The notes under the pieces are model-generated. The model made no database searches. It was not told where the DNA came from and saw nothing but the letters and a program-made list of their open reading frames with translations. This document shows positions 19,651-33,100 of a stretch of 64,000 nucleotides of DNA, piece after piece. Every line of letters begins with the position of its first letter. Positions within the stretch are counted from its first letter, which is position 1. The position numbers and the translations under genes were made by a program. The stretch comes from Eledone cirrhosa (taxonomy: Eukaryota), in contig OZ024740.1 in the NCBI GenBank assembly GCA_964016885.1, positions 363,630,001 to 363,694,000 of the forward strand, written 5' to 3'.

Positions 19651-21483
19651 TCAAAGAATGACTGATTGAATAAGGGATGATGAAAATTTCCTTTTCTTTA
19701 CAATTTTCCTCCAGGAAGGTGGCCAGTCAAAAATAAACTCAAAATTAAGAGAAAGAGACAAAAAAACTACTTATCCTTAAATTAGCTGAAACAATAAATG
19801 TTTTTTTTCTTACACATTGATAATTTAATCATTCTAAAGTTAAAAGGTGATCAATGTTTAATTGCATCTATCTTTCACATATTTTATCTTAGATAATACA
19901 AATCATGTTTTGATTATATTTTTTTAATGCTTTATCATTATATTCACATTTTTTTTTCTTCAGAAACATTGAGTACAAAGTGCAAGACAAAAGGCTCAGT
20001 AGATTAAAGTCATAGAGGCTAAACTTTAGTCTATCAGAATTATGAGATAAATGGATTAGATAGAATGGAATACAACAAAGGTATATGGGTGTTTGTAATG
20101 TTATGTGAAAAACAAATGAGGAAACTAATTACTTCTAAGGGTTGATAACTTGCAAAGACTTCTTCCCTTGTATGACTCATCTATGGAGTTTCTTACTAAT
20201 GTAGAATCACCAATTTGTGATGATCTGAAAATACCTAAGAAGCATCTATTCTATTGAAAAATCTATATTAAAAATGTTATTAAATACAAAGGAGTCTGTT
20301 ACAATTATTCAAGCCCCAACAATCCTAAGAGTCTTCTGTATCAAAATATAATTATTTAACACTTTTGATACCAAACTACTTGAAACTAGCCCTGGTTCTA
20401 TGATACTAAACTGTTTGCTCTAAATGTTGATATTTATCTTAAAACTTTCCATCATAATTTCATGTAAGAACCATTGTTATGTTGCACTGAAATTACCAGC
20501 TTGGTAAAAAGAAAGCTATGTTACTAAATCCCTCCAAATTTCGGATTAATTTCTAAAATGATTTGAAATCATAGGCAGTGACTTTCATTAGAAATTTAGT
20601 TACAAAAGTGTTAATTCCACACTGGCACAGAAAGATGTAAAGTAATTTCTAAACTTATGGCAATTGGAAGAAGGTGAAGGTGAAAACATTTCAGATCAGA
20701 ACGTTGAGATTTATATAAACCATCTTGAAAAATTAAAGTAACACTAAAAAAAAATATATATATATATGATTGGGATAGGGTTGTTACACTGTTTGGTTTG
20801 GAAATGGAGGTCACAGATGATGAATCTCACTTACATGATACACTCATTGTTATGTGGGTGGATCCCAAAGCTAAATTATTATTTCAAACTCCCTGTGACT
20901 ATTGTACCAATAGAAGTAATGCTATAAGATACTCTTAGCTTAGTGCAGTCATTGAGCCATGACTCTAACGTACATACTTATGTTTATACATAATTGAAGC
21001 AGGCTTTAGACATGAAATACAGTTTTAACTGAGCAAGGAAATTGATTGAACCTGAAATAGTGTAGTGACTTAGAACTAAAGTTCACTAAACTTCAATCAA
21101 ATATCAATGCCATATATAGACACCAATACCAGTTTAAAAAATTGTTTGCAAGAGAATCAAGACTGTAACATTCATACTGGTTGTGAATTTTAACAGAAGT
21201 TTTCCAGATACGTGTCCTTACTATCACCAACTACTTTACAGTTTGAATTTGGTGCATTTATCATTCCACCAGCACTAAAGAGGCTGTTATGAATGTCATT
21301 TATAAAGAGTCCTCTCTATCCTGCATCAGTTTTTATTCAGACTAATCTTAGATAGGTTGTCTTCTCTAAAGCTTACAGAGTCCATGCCTACTACATTCAT
21401 AGTTTTCGCAGAAGTATTAGGGATGTATATGAAGAGGATTCAACAAAACTGAGATTCAAAACTAATCAGAAGTCTAGCTTTAA

Positions 21484-21673
21484 CCCTTTAGCATTTACGT
21501 TACTCTATATATACTATTGTATTTTCATGGTAAAGGCTTTACCTCACATAATATCGAATCTATGAGATTTTGATATTATATATTTTGAGAACAATAACTT
21601 AATATAAGTATGAGTAGCCGGTTACAGCCGGTGAGAATTCTGGCCAGATATGGGTAGTTTAAATGCTAAAGGG
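21484..21673 (+). mobile_element. piggyBac-like MITE family A
   Basis: TTAA|CCCTTTAGCATTTA...TAAATGCTAAAGGG|TTAA: perfect 14-bp TIR with a TTAA TSD. Confidence 0.9.
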
Positions 21674-21792
21674 TTAAGTTTGTCAGTACTGGATTAAGAA
21701 GGAGGGGAGGTGTGATTTCGACTGTTACTAGGAGTGACACAATATTTCAAAGCCCACCCCCAAATTAATTTTTTGGTTACCATAAACAATAT

Positions 21793-22188
21793 CATCATCA
21801 TCATCACCATCGTCATTTAATTTTACGTCCACTTTTCCCTGCTTGCAAGGGTAGGACAGGAACTGATTCTGGCTTGATTTCTACAGCTGGATGCCCTTCC
21901 TAACACCAACCTCATTTAGAGTGCTGGGTGCTTTTATCCATGGTGCCTACACGTCCACTTTACAGTGTGGGCTGGGTGCTTTTTTATCGTGGCACCTCCA
22001 CGACCACTTTACAGTGGAATGATAGGGACCGCAGTTCCTATCATCTCATTTCTACAGCTGAGTAAACTGGAGCAATGTGAAATAAAGTGTCTTGCTCAAG
22101 GAAACAACACATCATCCGGTCTGAGAATTGAACTCACAACCTTTCGATTGCAAGGCCAATGCTCTAACTACTAAGTCATGCGCCTCCA
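21793..22188 (-). mobile_element. Full SINE family B: tRNA head, CORE-like body and RTE-derived tail
   Basis: Minus strand reads GGAGGCGCATGACTTAGTAGTTAGAGC...GAGTTCAATTC, CCTTGAGCAAGACACTTTATTTCAC, then GGAAGGGCATCCAGCTGTAGAAA...GGACGTAAAA(TGA)n. Confidence 0.8.
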
Positions 22189-22638
22189 TATATCATATTA
22201 AAATCAGTTTGATACCAGAGCACCATTGAAATGTCCAGTCAAATCTTCCATGCAAGCACAATGCACAACTAGATTATGGTGAGGTCTGAATTCAACATCA
22301 AGAAAGCAGAAACTAAATATTCTAATATATTTACGTCCCTGCTTGCAAGGGTGGGCAGGAACTGATTCTGGCTTGATTTCTACAGCTGGATGATCTTCCT
22401 AACACCAACCTCATTTACAGTGAGTGGTGGGTACTTTTTTGCCATGGCACCTCCACGACCACTTTGCAGTGGAATGATATGGACCCCAGGCCTATCATCT
22501 CATTGCAAGGCCAATGCTCTAACCACGAGGTATATGGCCCTTAAAGCGATGAAATGCCTAGGACGGTTGGAGGGCCACTGATGAAGGACTCACTTTTTCA
22601 TATGTAACCCATTTGCAACGCCGCAGCTCCATTATTAT

Positions 22639-23203
<565 letters not shown>

Positions 23204-24556
23204 ATCATCATCATCACCGTTTTACGTCCGTTCTTCCACGCTAGCATGGGTTAGACGGGTTGTCCTGTTGTGGGCAGTGTCTGGTCGGCTGACCATGCCT
23301 TGCTCATACAGGAACTGATTTGGCTTGATTTCTACAGCTGGATGCCCTTCCTAACACCAACCTCATTTACAGTGAGTGCTGGGTGCTTTTTCGTGGCGCC
23401 TACACGTCCATTTTACAGTGTGGGCTGGGTGCTTTTTTTCCGTGGCACCTCCACGACCACCTTGCGGTGGGAGTATGGGGGCATATTGTCTATATGCTTC
23501 AGCTTGTACCCATGGGAGGTCGGGTACTCTGTATTATTGCGCGACGCCAGAAGTCACGGTCGTGTATCATTGCCTTTGAGAGGTGTAATTGAGTAAGGTC
23601 GGCTTTTATCACCTCATCCCAGGTCATCTTGGGTCTCCCCACTCCGCGGTTTCCATCGACTTCTAGTGCTCTGCACCTTTTTATGCAGCTGTCATCCTTC
23701 ATACGCATCACATGTCCATACCAGCGCAACCGTCTCTTCTGCACACAGCATTTGATTCCTCTTATGCTCAGTCTCTCTCTCAATTCATTTATGCTTTGTC
23801 GTTCACGTATATTACTATTACACATCCATCGGAGCATGCAGGTTTCATTTCTCTCTAATCTACGTAAGTCTTCCACCTTCAGCGCCCAGGTCTCACTACC
23901 ATGCAACATCGCTGTTCGGATACACGCATCATACAGTCTGCCTTTCATTCTGAGGGAGAAGCCTTTTGCAGCTAACAGTGGTAGTAGTTCCCTAAACTTC
24001 TTCCATCCCGTTCTTACCCTAGTTATTGTACTTTCTGAACACCCACCTCCGCTGCTAATTCGGTCACCTAGGTAGCAGAAGCTGTCTACTGTTTCTACAG
24101 GTCCCTCCCAGAGATTGGTGGTACTTGTTTCCTGTGGCTGTTTGCTGCTTGCTGTCCCAGCACAGCTGCTGCATGTGAAGCCTACATTCTTAATTAAGCT
24201 TCCTGAGATCCCGCTACATCTCTTGTGTACCCATTGTTTGCATTTGGGGCAGAGAATGGAGTTCCTACCTACCCTTTCCTACATACTGAGCAAGGCCATT
24301 TCCCTGAGGGGATCTGGGTTCTGTTTTCTCGTCTACTTACAAGGACCTTAGTCTTTGTCATGTTGACTGACTTTGAGACCCTTTCTTTCTAGTCCCTGCT
24401 TCCAAGTTTGTAATTTCTTCTCTAGTTCTACCATAGATTCAGTTATAAGTGCGAGGTCATCAGCATACAGGAGTTCCCATGGGGATCCGGTCTTAAACTC
24501 CTCCGTTATTTCCTGCAGGACTATGATGAACAGGAGGGGGCTAAGAACAGAGCCAT
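23204..24556 (-). mobile_element. RTE family 1, 5'-truncated, relatively young
   Basis: GSVLSPLLFIIVL, ELLYADDLAL, MLHGSETWAL, RRLRWYGHVMRM, GRPKMTWDEVI; (GAT)n tail. Confidence 0.93.
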
Positions 24557-24681
24557 GTGGTCAGGGAATATTTATAATATTCCCATTCTACAAATTACAC
24601 AGCCCAAGTGAAATCAAGAGAAAAATCAAAGAAAAGAATTTTGTTGATAAATTCAAACCCAAGCTAAATGAACAATAATAA

Positions 24682-24857
24682 TGGCAGTATCGGTAGAGGG
24701 TCGGACGCCATGCTTTCCAGCATAGTTACGTCCCTTTACGATCTGAGTTCAAATCCCGCCGAGGTTGACTTTGCCTTTCATCCTTACGGGGTCGATAAAA
24801 TAAAGTACCAGTAATGAACTGGGTAATTGCTGGCCTTGTGCCTAAAGTAGAAACAAA
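24682..24857 (+). mobile_element. SINE family A
   Basis: Near-identical to 40600-40780. Confidence 0.88.
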
Positions 24858-25014
24858 TAACGGGGTATCCTACTATGACTATGACTACGACCACTAACAA
24901 CAATAACAATAATAATAATAAAAGTGATGTTGATGGTGATGATTACTAGAAAATGCTATTCATCATTTCTAAAAATAGCAAAACAATTGATGCTTTGGAT
25001 AAGGTCAAATAGTA

Positions 25015-25361
25015 GTCGTTAGACATGCTCAACCAACCGTAATGCCTAAACCAATCAGCTTTAGTAATCCAGTGAAACTACACACCGATTGGTCGAAATA
25101 CATTTTGCAAGATTTAGCATTCTGGAGTCACTTTTCACTGTATATAAGGCACAAAATTTACCCATCTCATTACACTTGAAAGTTGCAAACTTGACTGTCA
25201 CCACACATTATGAACCTGAAGATTGCGAAAGCATGAAAGTACTTGTTCAATTAACAGTTAACATTTAATATTCTACCATACTATTTCATTCTAATACTAT
25301 TATAAATTTTAAAGGATTGTAAATAAAACTAGTAAATCAGACACAGTTGGAATTCCTTTTA

Positions 25362-25362
<1 letters not shown>
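25015..25362 (+). mobile_element. Penelope-like pseudo-LTR (solo)
   Basis: CCAATC 25051, GATTGG 25087, TATATAA 25141, hammerhead motif 25211-25249, AATAAA 25322; ends at a (TA)n tract. Confidence 0.55.
25211..25249 (+). ncRNA. Minimal type I hammerhead ribozyme motif
   Basis: UGAAC-CUGAAGA-U-UGC-GAAA-GCA-U-GAAA-GUAC-UU-GUUCA: core boxes, 5-bp stem I, stem II, palindromic stem III AGUACU, and NUH triplet CUU. Confidence 0.7.
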
Positions 25363-25409
<47 letters not shown>

Positions 25410-25411
<2 letters not shown>

Positions 25412-25590
25412 ATTACATCTTCATGGTAAAGTATTTATCTCACATACTTATCTCACATAATATTGAATCTATGAGATTTTGATATTATTTATTTTGAGAA
25501 CAATACCTTAACATCAGTATGAGGAGCCGGTTTGGACAGAAAGAAGTGAGAGAATTCTGGCTGGATACGGCCGGTTTAAATGCTAAAGGC
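25410..25590 (+). mobile_element. piggyBac-like MITE family A, left end lost in (TA)n
   Basis: Homologous interior and right end TAAATGCTAAAGGC|TTAA. Confidence 0.75.
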
Positions 25591-26879
25591 TTAATAAACT
25601 TTAAGAAAGGGTGACAGCTAAGAATTTCATTAGTCTCAGCACTCTTTCAAATGATTCAGATGAGGTATTTATATGGAAAATCAATTTAATATTAGTTTTG
25701 AGGTATATGTCATTATCATTATCACTACTGTTTAACATCTATTTTCCATACTTGCATGGCTTAGACAGATTGTCATGTTAAGAGACAAGTCAGATCATGT
25801 GACCACATCTTGCTCATACAGATCTAGTGTGTGTCCACTGTTATATGTTTGTATGCATGGGTTGGGCAGGTGTATCAGGGATGCCAAGTGAGTGTTTGAA
25901 CACACACACACATACACACACACTAAAATTATAGTCATCATTCTCAATCAAGTAACATGTACCATACTTTCCCTAAGGCTTTTAGGAGCCTGCTCAACCC
26001 TCTCCCTTGACACATCCAGGATGTGACAGCTGGAAGGAGAAAGGGCTGCACCACCACTGGGATGGTACTTACTTTATCAACCCTGAAAGGATGAAAGGCA
26101 AAGAAGATCTCAGCAAGATTTGAATTTAGAATGTAGAAACAAATACCTGACACTTGAATGACTCTGCCAAATTGACTCTCTTATATATCTTCTAGACAGG
26201 TAATCAACACATTATGTTTAGATGGTGCAGTTTTGAAATTCTCATGAGTGGAGAATATATTTATGGATTTTAATAGTTTGATATTCAAGATGTTCTTAGT
26301 GTAATTTAGAGTATAGGTTTTGTTTTACAACTCCATTACATAATGATTTTTAACCAATTTCTGACTGTTTTGAAAGCCATATTCATTCAAAACATCAAAA
26401 CAATAGGAAATACAAATTTCATGTCTAAAGTGAATCCAGCTCCAAAGCAAAAATATTTGAAGCACCTCATTTACGTTGAATTTTGAAGTTTTTTTGTTTC
26501 ATATTTCTTGGTGTATATAGGAGTATATACAATCACTGCGTGTATATTGCTTTTGCTACATCTTAGACATAATCATAATTAATACATTAACTTCAGTTGG
26601 AGCTTTCTACATTAGTTAGCAGATTGCAAAATCTAATATTTTGAATGATGTGCTATAATACTAGTGCTTTTATTAATGAGAATGAGACATGGGTAATGAA
26701 TGTGAAGCAGCAGAGAATCGAAAGGAGAATGGTTCAGTGACCGAGGGAAGTATTGCTTAGAGAGAAGAAGACAACCAATGATGAATGTTGTGAAGAGAAA
26801 CAGAGTGACATGATTGGGTTATATATTGAAAAAGGATGAAAGTTACAGGGTGAGAGGAGTGATGGAAATGAATATGGGG

Positions 26880-27258
26880 GTAGGTAGACCAAATAAGACA
26901 TGGAAGGGGAAGACCAAGTAAGACATGTAAGGGTAAGTCCAAGACATGGAAGGGGAAGACCAAGTAAGACATGTAAGGGTAAGATCAAGACATTAAATGG
27001 GAAGACTCAGTAAGACATGAAAAGGAAAGACCAAGTCATGAAATGGGAAGATTAAGACATGAAAGGGGAAGACCAAATAAGATATGAAAGGGGAAGATCA
27101 AGAAATGAAAGGGAAAGACATGGAAGGGGAAGACCAAGACATGGGAGGGAAGACCAAGTAAGACATGTAAGGGTAAGACATGGAAGGGGAAGACCAAGTA
27201 AGATATGTAAGGGTAAGACCAAGACATGGAAGGGAAAGACCAAGTAAGACATGGGTAG
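26880..27258 (+). repeat. Minisatellite AGACCAAG(TAAG)ACATGGAAGGGGA
   Basis: About 17 imperfect 20-25 bp units, following a decayed LINE-like 3' segment at 26680-26880. Confidence 0.85.
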
Positions 27259-27868
27259 GGATGATAGAGGAAGAAATAAAAATCAGAGATTAGTGATGGA
27301 GAAATCCAGCCAACAGGACAAAATGGAGAATCCATGGAGCCCTCCCTCGTGGCTAGTCAGTGCTTTAACAGAGTAAATGACATTAAAACACTTTTGTTGT
27401 TGTCATTATTATTGTGATAATCAAGTGTGAAATATAAAACAAGGTCTAACAAAACATATTTTTACAACATAATTCCATTTAACCTTTGTTTTAAGAATAT
27501 CTCTAATTTTGTATTGAATGTTTTTGCATGTTAATATTCGGTCAATAAGAACAATTTCTTATCATGATTATAGGGAAAATTATGAACTTTCAACCATTAC
27601 CTTTGTACAGTTAAAACTGATTTTCTTTATGTATCAGGTAATCGATGTTACCTTCCATCAAATCATTTTAGATAAAGTGTATTGCTTATCAAAATAGCAT
27701 TAATTAACTCACGTCTTGCAAAGGCATTTCATTTGTCATAGTCATTAGTCATTAGTAATTAAACTGCCTCAAACAGTTCGTTCATATAATTAAGTATTTG
27801 TCTCCAAGATTTATATTGCATTTAATTTTTCAAAAAGTGGATATACATTTATATTGTTTAATGCGCAA

Positions 27869-27874
27869 TATAAG
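27869..27874 (+). promoter_or_regulatory. Candidate TATA box of the MAM-domain gene
   Basis: TATAAG about 50 bp upstream of the signal-peptide ATG at 27921. Confidence 0.4.
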
Positions 27875-27920
27875 TACCCCCTATGACTAGCAAATCTAAA
27901 GGCATGAAGTTACTCTGAAA

Positions 27921-27975
27921 ATGGGCAATCACCACTTTCTACTCTTCTTATTTGGCACTTTGGTGCTTCAAACAG
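27921..27975 (+). CDS. MAM gene exon 1 (signal peptide)
   Basis: MGNHHFLLFLFGTLVLQT G|gtatgg; phase 1 joins 42643 to give ...LQTVING/QHVCDF, a typical signal-peptide cleavage context. Confidence 0.7.
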
Positions 27976-29176
27976 GTATGGAATTTTACTTTTATTCTTT
28001 CTGAGATTTTTTTATAATGGAGATTTTAATCTAACTTTATAATATCAGTTTAACCCTTTCATGACCATATTTCTAATGACATAATTTATTTCAATTAATA
28101 AAGAATTTTGAAAGATTTACTAAAATTATTAATTATTTCTTTACTGAGATGATAACTATGGTCCTTCAATAAATTGTGCTGGAACATTTTAATGTAACCC
28201 TTCAGTGACAGTTTCCTAATGTACATTTTCAATTAATTAATGAATAGTTTTCAAGGATTTACTAAAATTATTTCATTACTATTATAGTAACTTAACACAT
28301 AGTTCTTATATAAAATTATGGGGAAGATTGTAATTTAAATAGGCCATTTAAAATGGGTGGTTTTGTTTCATAGAATCAGAGCTTGTTTTGGTTGTATTGA
28401 TATCAAAATGGTTAGTTTTGAGGGATATTTCTAATGAAGTTTTGAGGGATATTTCTAAGATAGTAACTTAACATATGGCTTTTATATAAAATTATGCTGG
28501 AAGATATTAATTTAAGTAGGAAGCCTTCGAGATTAGTGATTTTACTAGAAGAAGATGAAGAAGAAGAAGAAATCATTGCACATATCCATTATAATGATTT
28601 TAATTTTATTACCAAACCAGCAATTAGATGGGTGGAGAGGATGTCAGTTATATTGACCCCAGTACTTGACTGGTACTTATTTTATCAATCATACTGAGCT
28701 AGATGTAATACTAAGTGGACTGTGGAGTGTGATATGCTGTGTATAGTGTTATTATGAGAGAAAATGCTTAGGGATTTTTATTTATGATACTGTATGTGCT
28801 GGATTCAAATTCCATCAGGCTAAAAAATGTTGAAGCCTTCATTTATACCTAAGTATTTATAGATTTGTTTATGCTCAAGTTCTTTTATAACTTTTTCAAC
28901 ATCTAATTCAAATAAATTTAAGTTTATCAATTTCCCTTTCTTGAAAATAGCTTTGACACATTTATCAAGCCCAAACTCCATCTTGATGTCATCACTGAAT
29001 GCTTTCACAGAATGTAAATATCCTTCAAGCTCATCATTATCTTTGTGATATAGTTTTAAGTCATCCATATAAAAAGACCGCTTATTTCCTGTTGTCAATT
29101 CTATAACCATACCTTGTTTGGTTAAATTCGATTGTAAGGGATATTAGAGTTATGAAAAAAAAAAAAAAAAAAAAAA

Positions 29177-29207
<31 letters not shown>

Positions 29208-30072
29208 GTCTCAGTTGATGTTAATATGTTCAGAGTATGGTAGATGCCTGATGGAGGGTATTCGCTTGGTTGCACGTCTCTGAACAGTTTCCAGGTGGTC
29301 AATGTTCTGAGCAAGTTAGGGGTTCCAGACTGGTAATCCAAATTCTAAGTGTGGCCGCACCATAGCTATATACAGCTTTAACTAGATAGCTGGAGAGTCT
29401 TGCTGAGTGATGCTAAGACACCATCAGCCTTCTTGACAATTTTAGAGATGTGTTTCATCCAACACAAATTGCTGGTGACACAGTAAAGCCCAGGTCACGT
29501 TCACAAGAAGACTTCTTGATATTAGTGTTGTGGAGGGAGTATGTGGATGCTGGTTTTTTTTTAATTAGCAGAGGTAGTAAGTCCCCAAACATCTCCATCC
29601 TGTTCTCACCCTAGCTACTGTACTTATGTAACACCCATCTCCACTGCTAACTTTGTCACCCAAGTAACAAACTATCAATTACTTCTACTGAGCCCTTTGA
29701 GCATTTAATATATATATATATATATTAAATGTGTGTGTACGTGTGTGTGTGCGCGCGCGCGTGTGTGTGTGTGTATACTTTAATTCCTCCGGACCTTCAT
29801 CATTAACACTACACGCCACATCCCAGACACATCCAAATCTCTCTTACATATAGTCACACATTTCAACACAACCTGATCTCAATTTGACAATCGCCAGAGA
29901 CAGACGATGCGAGAAAGTTCTCCAACCCAAGTTAACCAGGAATCTCTAAAATTCTTCCCTCCGAAGTTAACAAAGAACTTACTGGAACTACCAACTCATA
30001 ATATTATAATATTATAAAATTAAATCAAAAATGTTTAAACACTACAAGTGAAGTCATTCTTTTCCTTTTTTT

Positions 30073-30138
<66 letters not shown>

Positions 30139-33100
30139 CATATATATACATATATATACAGTATGAATAAAGTTTCATACACTTAACATGTATGTGCAAC
30201 CATTGGTTTCAGGATCCAGTTATGGCCACCACAGTATATTGGAGGAGGCTCTTCCAAATTGACACCTTATCGGGCACCCAAACAAATATAGGAAAAAGGA
30301 ATTTCCTTCAGTCAATATATTTTGTTTGTCATCATCATTGTTTTAACGTTCACTTTCCCTGCTAACAAGGGCTGGATGGGTCTATATAGAATAAGTCAGT
30401 ATTGAAGTGAGGCTACTAATCTTCCAGACAGGCCAGGGATCTGCATCTTGCTTAGGTATGGTCTCACATTCTAGCAAGTGCATAAGAGAGGTTGTCATAT
30501 CTTTGACACAACTGAAGAGTCCTCCTAACCCTTTATTTGGCACTGGATGCCCTTTCTAACACGAACCACTTTAGAGCATGTAGTGGGTGCGTTTATCATG
30601 TAGATTACCCACATTAGATAGGCTGTCATGTCCTTGACAAAATTAAAGGGTCCTCCCAATCCTTGTTTGGCAAGCTTTCTACAGCTGGATGCCCTTCCTA
30701 TCACCAATCACATGTACTGGGTAAATTTATTGTGTAGATCACCAACACAAGTGCAGTTGCCATACTGTGGCATGACTGAAAGGTTCTCGCAACCCTTATA
30801 TATATATATGTATATATATATATAGGTAGAACACTGGAAGGTAATATCTGTAGTGGTAGAGCACTCAGTCCATGGGACGAGTTAGGTAGAAGTGGTAACA
30901 CAACAGTTAGTTCACCATACCGAGAACAATTGTTTCACCTTAGCGGATCCTCAGCCCGTACTGGTCATGGTTATACGTCAATTGTTCTCGGTATGGTGAA
31001 CTAACTGTTGTGTTACCACTTCTATATATATATATATAATTGTATGTGAGTGTGTGAGTCTTCTTCATCGACTATCTAATGTTGAGTCTTTGTGAATACT
31101 CCCATCATGGAATGATATCATACAATAGAAACATGTTGTAATTGTTTGTATTTACAATGATATACATAATTATGTTTATCTCAATATCTAATAGTGAATG
31201 TGTATTATGTCTAGTACATGTATTTATGTTCCTAGTTGTGGGTCACAATGTTGCATTTATATCAGCATTTCTCAAATGTTTTATTTGAGAGGGCCCCCTT
31301 GTAACAAAATGTATTTTCTATTCAGCTCCTAACAAATTAATAGAATATAAAATTACAAAACAACTCACTTTATTGTCTGGCTGATTTACAAATTCTTGAA
31401 AGGTCATTTACATCACCTCACTCCAGTATGTCAAGACATCCCAGCACATCGAAATAAAATTTCTATTTACCCTCAAACAAATTTATCGAATATAAAATTA
31501 CAAAACCTGACTAATTTATCAATGTTAGTTTAACCCTTTAATGTTCGAACCAGCCAAAAACTGGCTAGAATTCCCTACCTCTTTCTATTGAAACTGGCTG
31601 TAACTGGTCACTCAAACTGATGTTAAGGTATTGTTCTCAAAATAAATACTTTCAAAATCTCATAGATTCGATATTATGTGAGATAATTATGTGAGATAAA
31701 GCCTTTACCATGAAAATATAATAGTATATAATAGTATATATAGAGTAATGTGAATGCTAAAGGTTTAAATGACCTGTTCATTTTAAACAGGTTGTTCATG
31801 AATGACATATCACTAGTTGCCATTACATCTAATCAGGCATTCTGTTACGTTTATGACATCTGGCAGTTAGTCAATCCAGTGATTTTTGTTCTTCTGTTAT
31901 CACTTTGATCGATCGACAAGATCCCAGACTTCATTCACTTGCCATGTGGGGTGGACCTTATCAAATCAGACCAAGGAAACAATGTTTTCATTGGTCTTTC
32001 CATTGCTGATACCGGTTGCAACTCCTGGCTGAAAGAGCAACATGAAATAGTGTCTTGCTCAAGGACGTAAGGTATTACCCAGTTCGAAAATTGAACTCAC
32101 AACCTCATGATTGCAAATCCAACTCTATAACTATTAAGCCACGCTTTATAAAACATATTAATAAATGCAAACTAGTAAATTAACCACAGCCTCACCCATG
32201 GAACCATAAGCTTTTGTTTGTCAAATGTGTCTTTAACAATCACTTTGAGAATCCCTTATATAGATAGCTGAAATTTTTCTAGGAGACAGTTATAGGCTAT
32301 GTGACTTTTCAGATTCTATATTTATTTTCATCATCATCATCATCATCACCATCTTACGTCCATTCTTCCACGCTAGCATGGGTGAGATGGGTTGTCCTGT
32401 TGTGGGCAGTAGCCGGTTGGCTGACCATGTTTTGCTCATACGGGAACTGATTCTGGCTTGATTTCTACAGCTGGATGCCCTTCCTAATACCAACCTCATT
32501 TTCAGTGAGGGCTGGGTGCTTTTTTTGCTGTGGCATCTCCATGACCACTTTGCAGTGGGAGGGTGTGGGGGCATATTATCTATATGCTTCAGCTTTGGGT
32601 TGTACGCATGGGGGGTCAGGTCTTCTGTATTACTGCATGATGCCAGAGGTCATGGTCATGTGTCATCACGTTTGAGAGGTGCAATTGGATAAGGTCGGCT
32701 TTTATCACCTCATCCCAGGTCTACTTGGGACTCCCCACTCTGCACCTTTTTATGTAGCTGTCATCCTTTACATGCATCACATGTCCATACCAACACAACC
32801 TCCTCTCCTGCACACAGCATTTGATTCCTCTTATGCTCAGTCTCTCTCTCAATTCGTTTATGCTTTGCCAGTCGTGTATATTACTATTACACATCCATCA
32901 GAGCATGCAGGCTTTGTTTCTTTCTAATCTACGTAAGTCTTCTACAGACTGCCCAGGTTTCACTACCATGTAACATTGCTGTTCATATACACATACCATA
33001 CAGTCTGCCTCTCATTTTGAGGGAAAAGCCTTTTGCAGCTAGCAGTGGCAATAGCTCCCTGAACTTCTTCCATTCCGTTCTTACCCTAGTTATTGTACTT

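Noticed and set aside
20130-20225. Possible minus-strand exon (AG...GT bounded) as a RecQ1 5' exon
   Set aside because: Its translation shows no RecQ1 similarity.
22530-22605. Possible type III hammerhead: TA-TGGCCCT...AGGGCCA-CTGATGA
   Set aside because: Stem I and the CUGAUGA box are present, but no GAAA box or stem III follows.
31263-32257. Possible hAT MITE (CAGCATTTCTCAAA...TTTGAGAATCCCT) with nested inserts
   Set aside because: TIRs are degenerate and there is no convincing 8-bp TSD.
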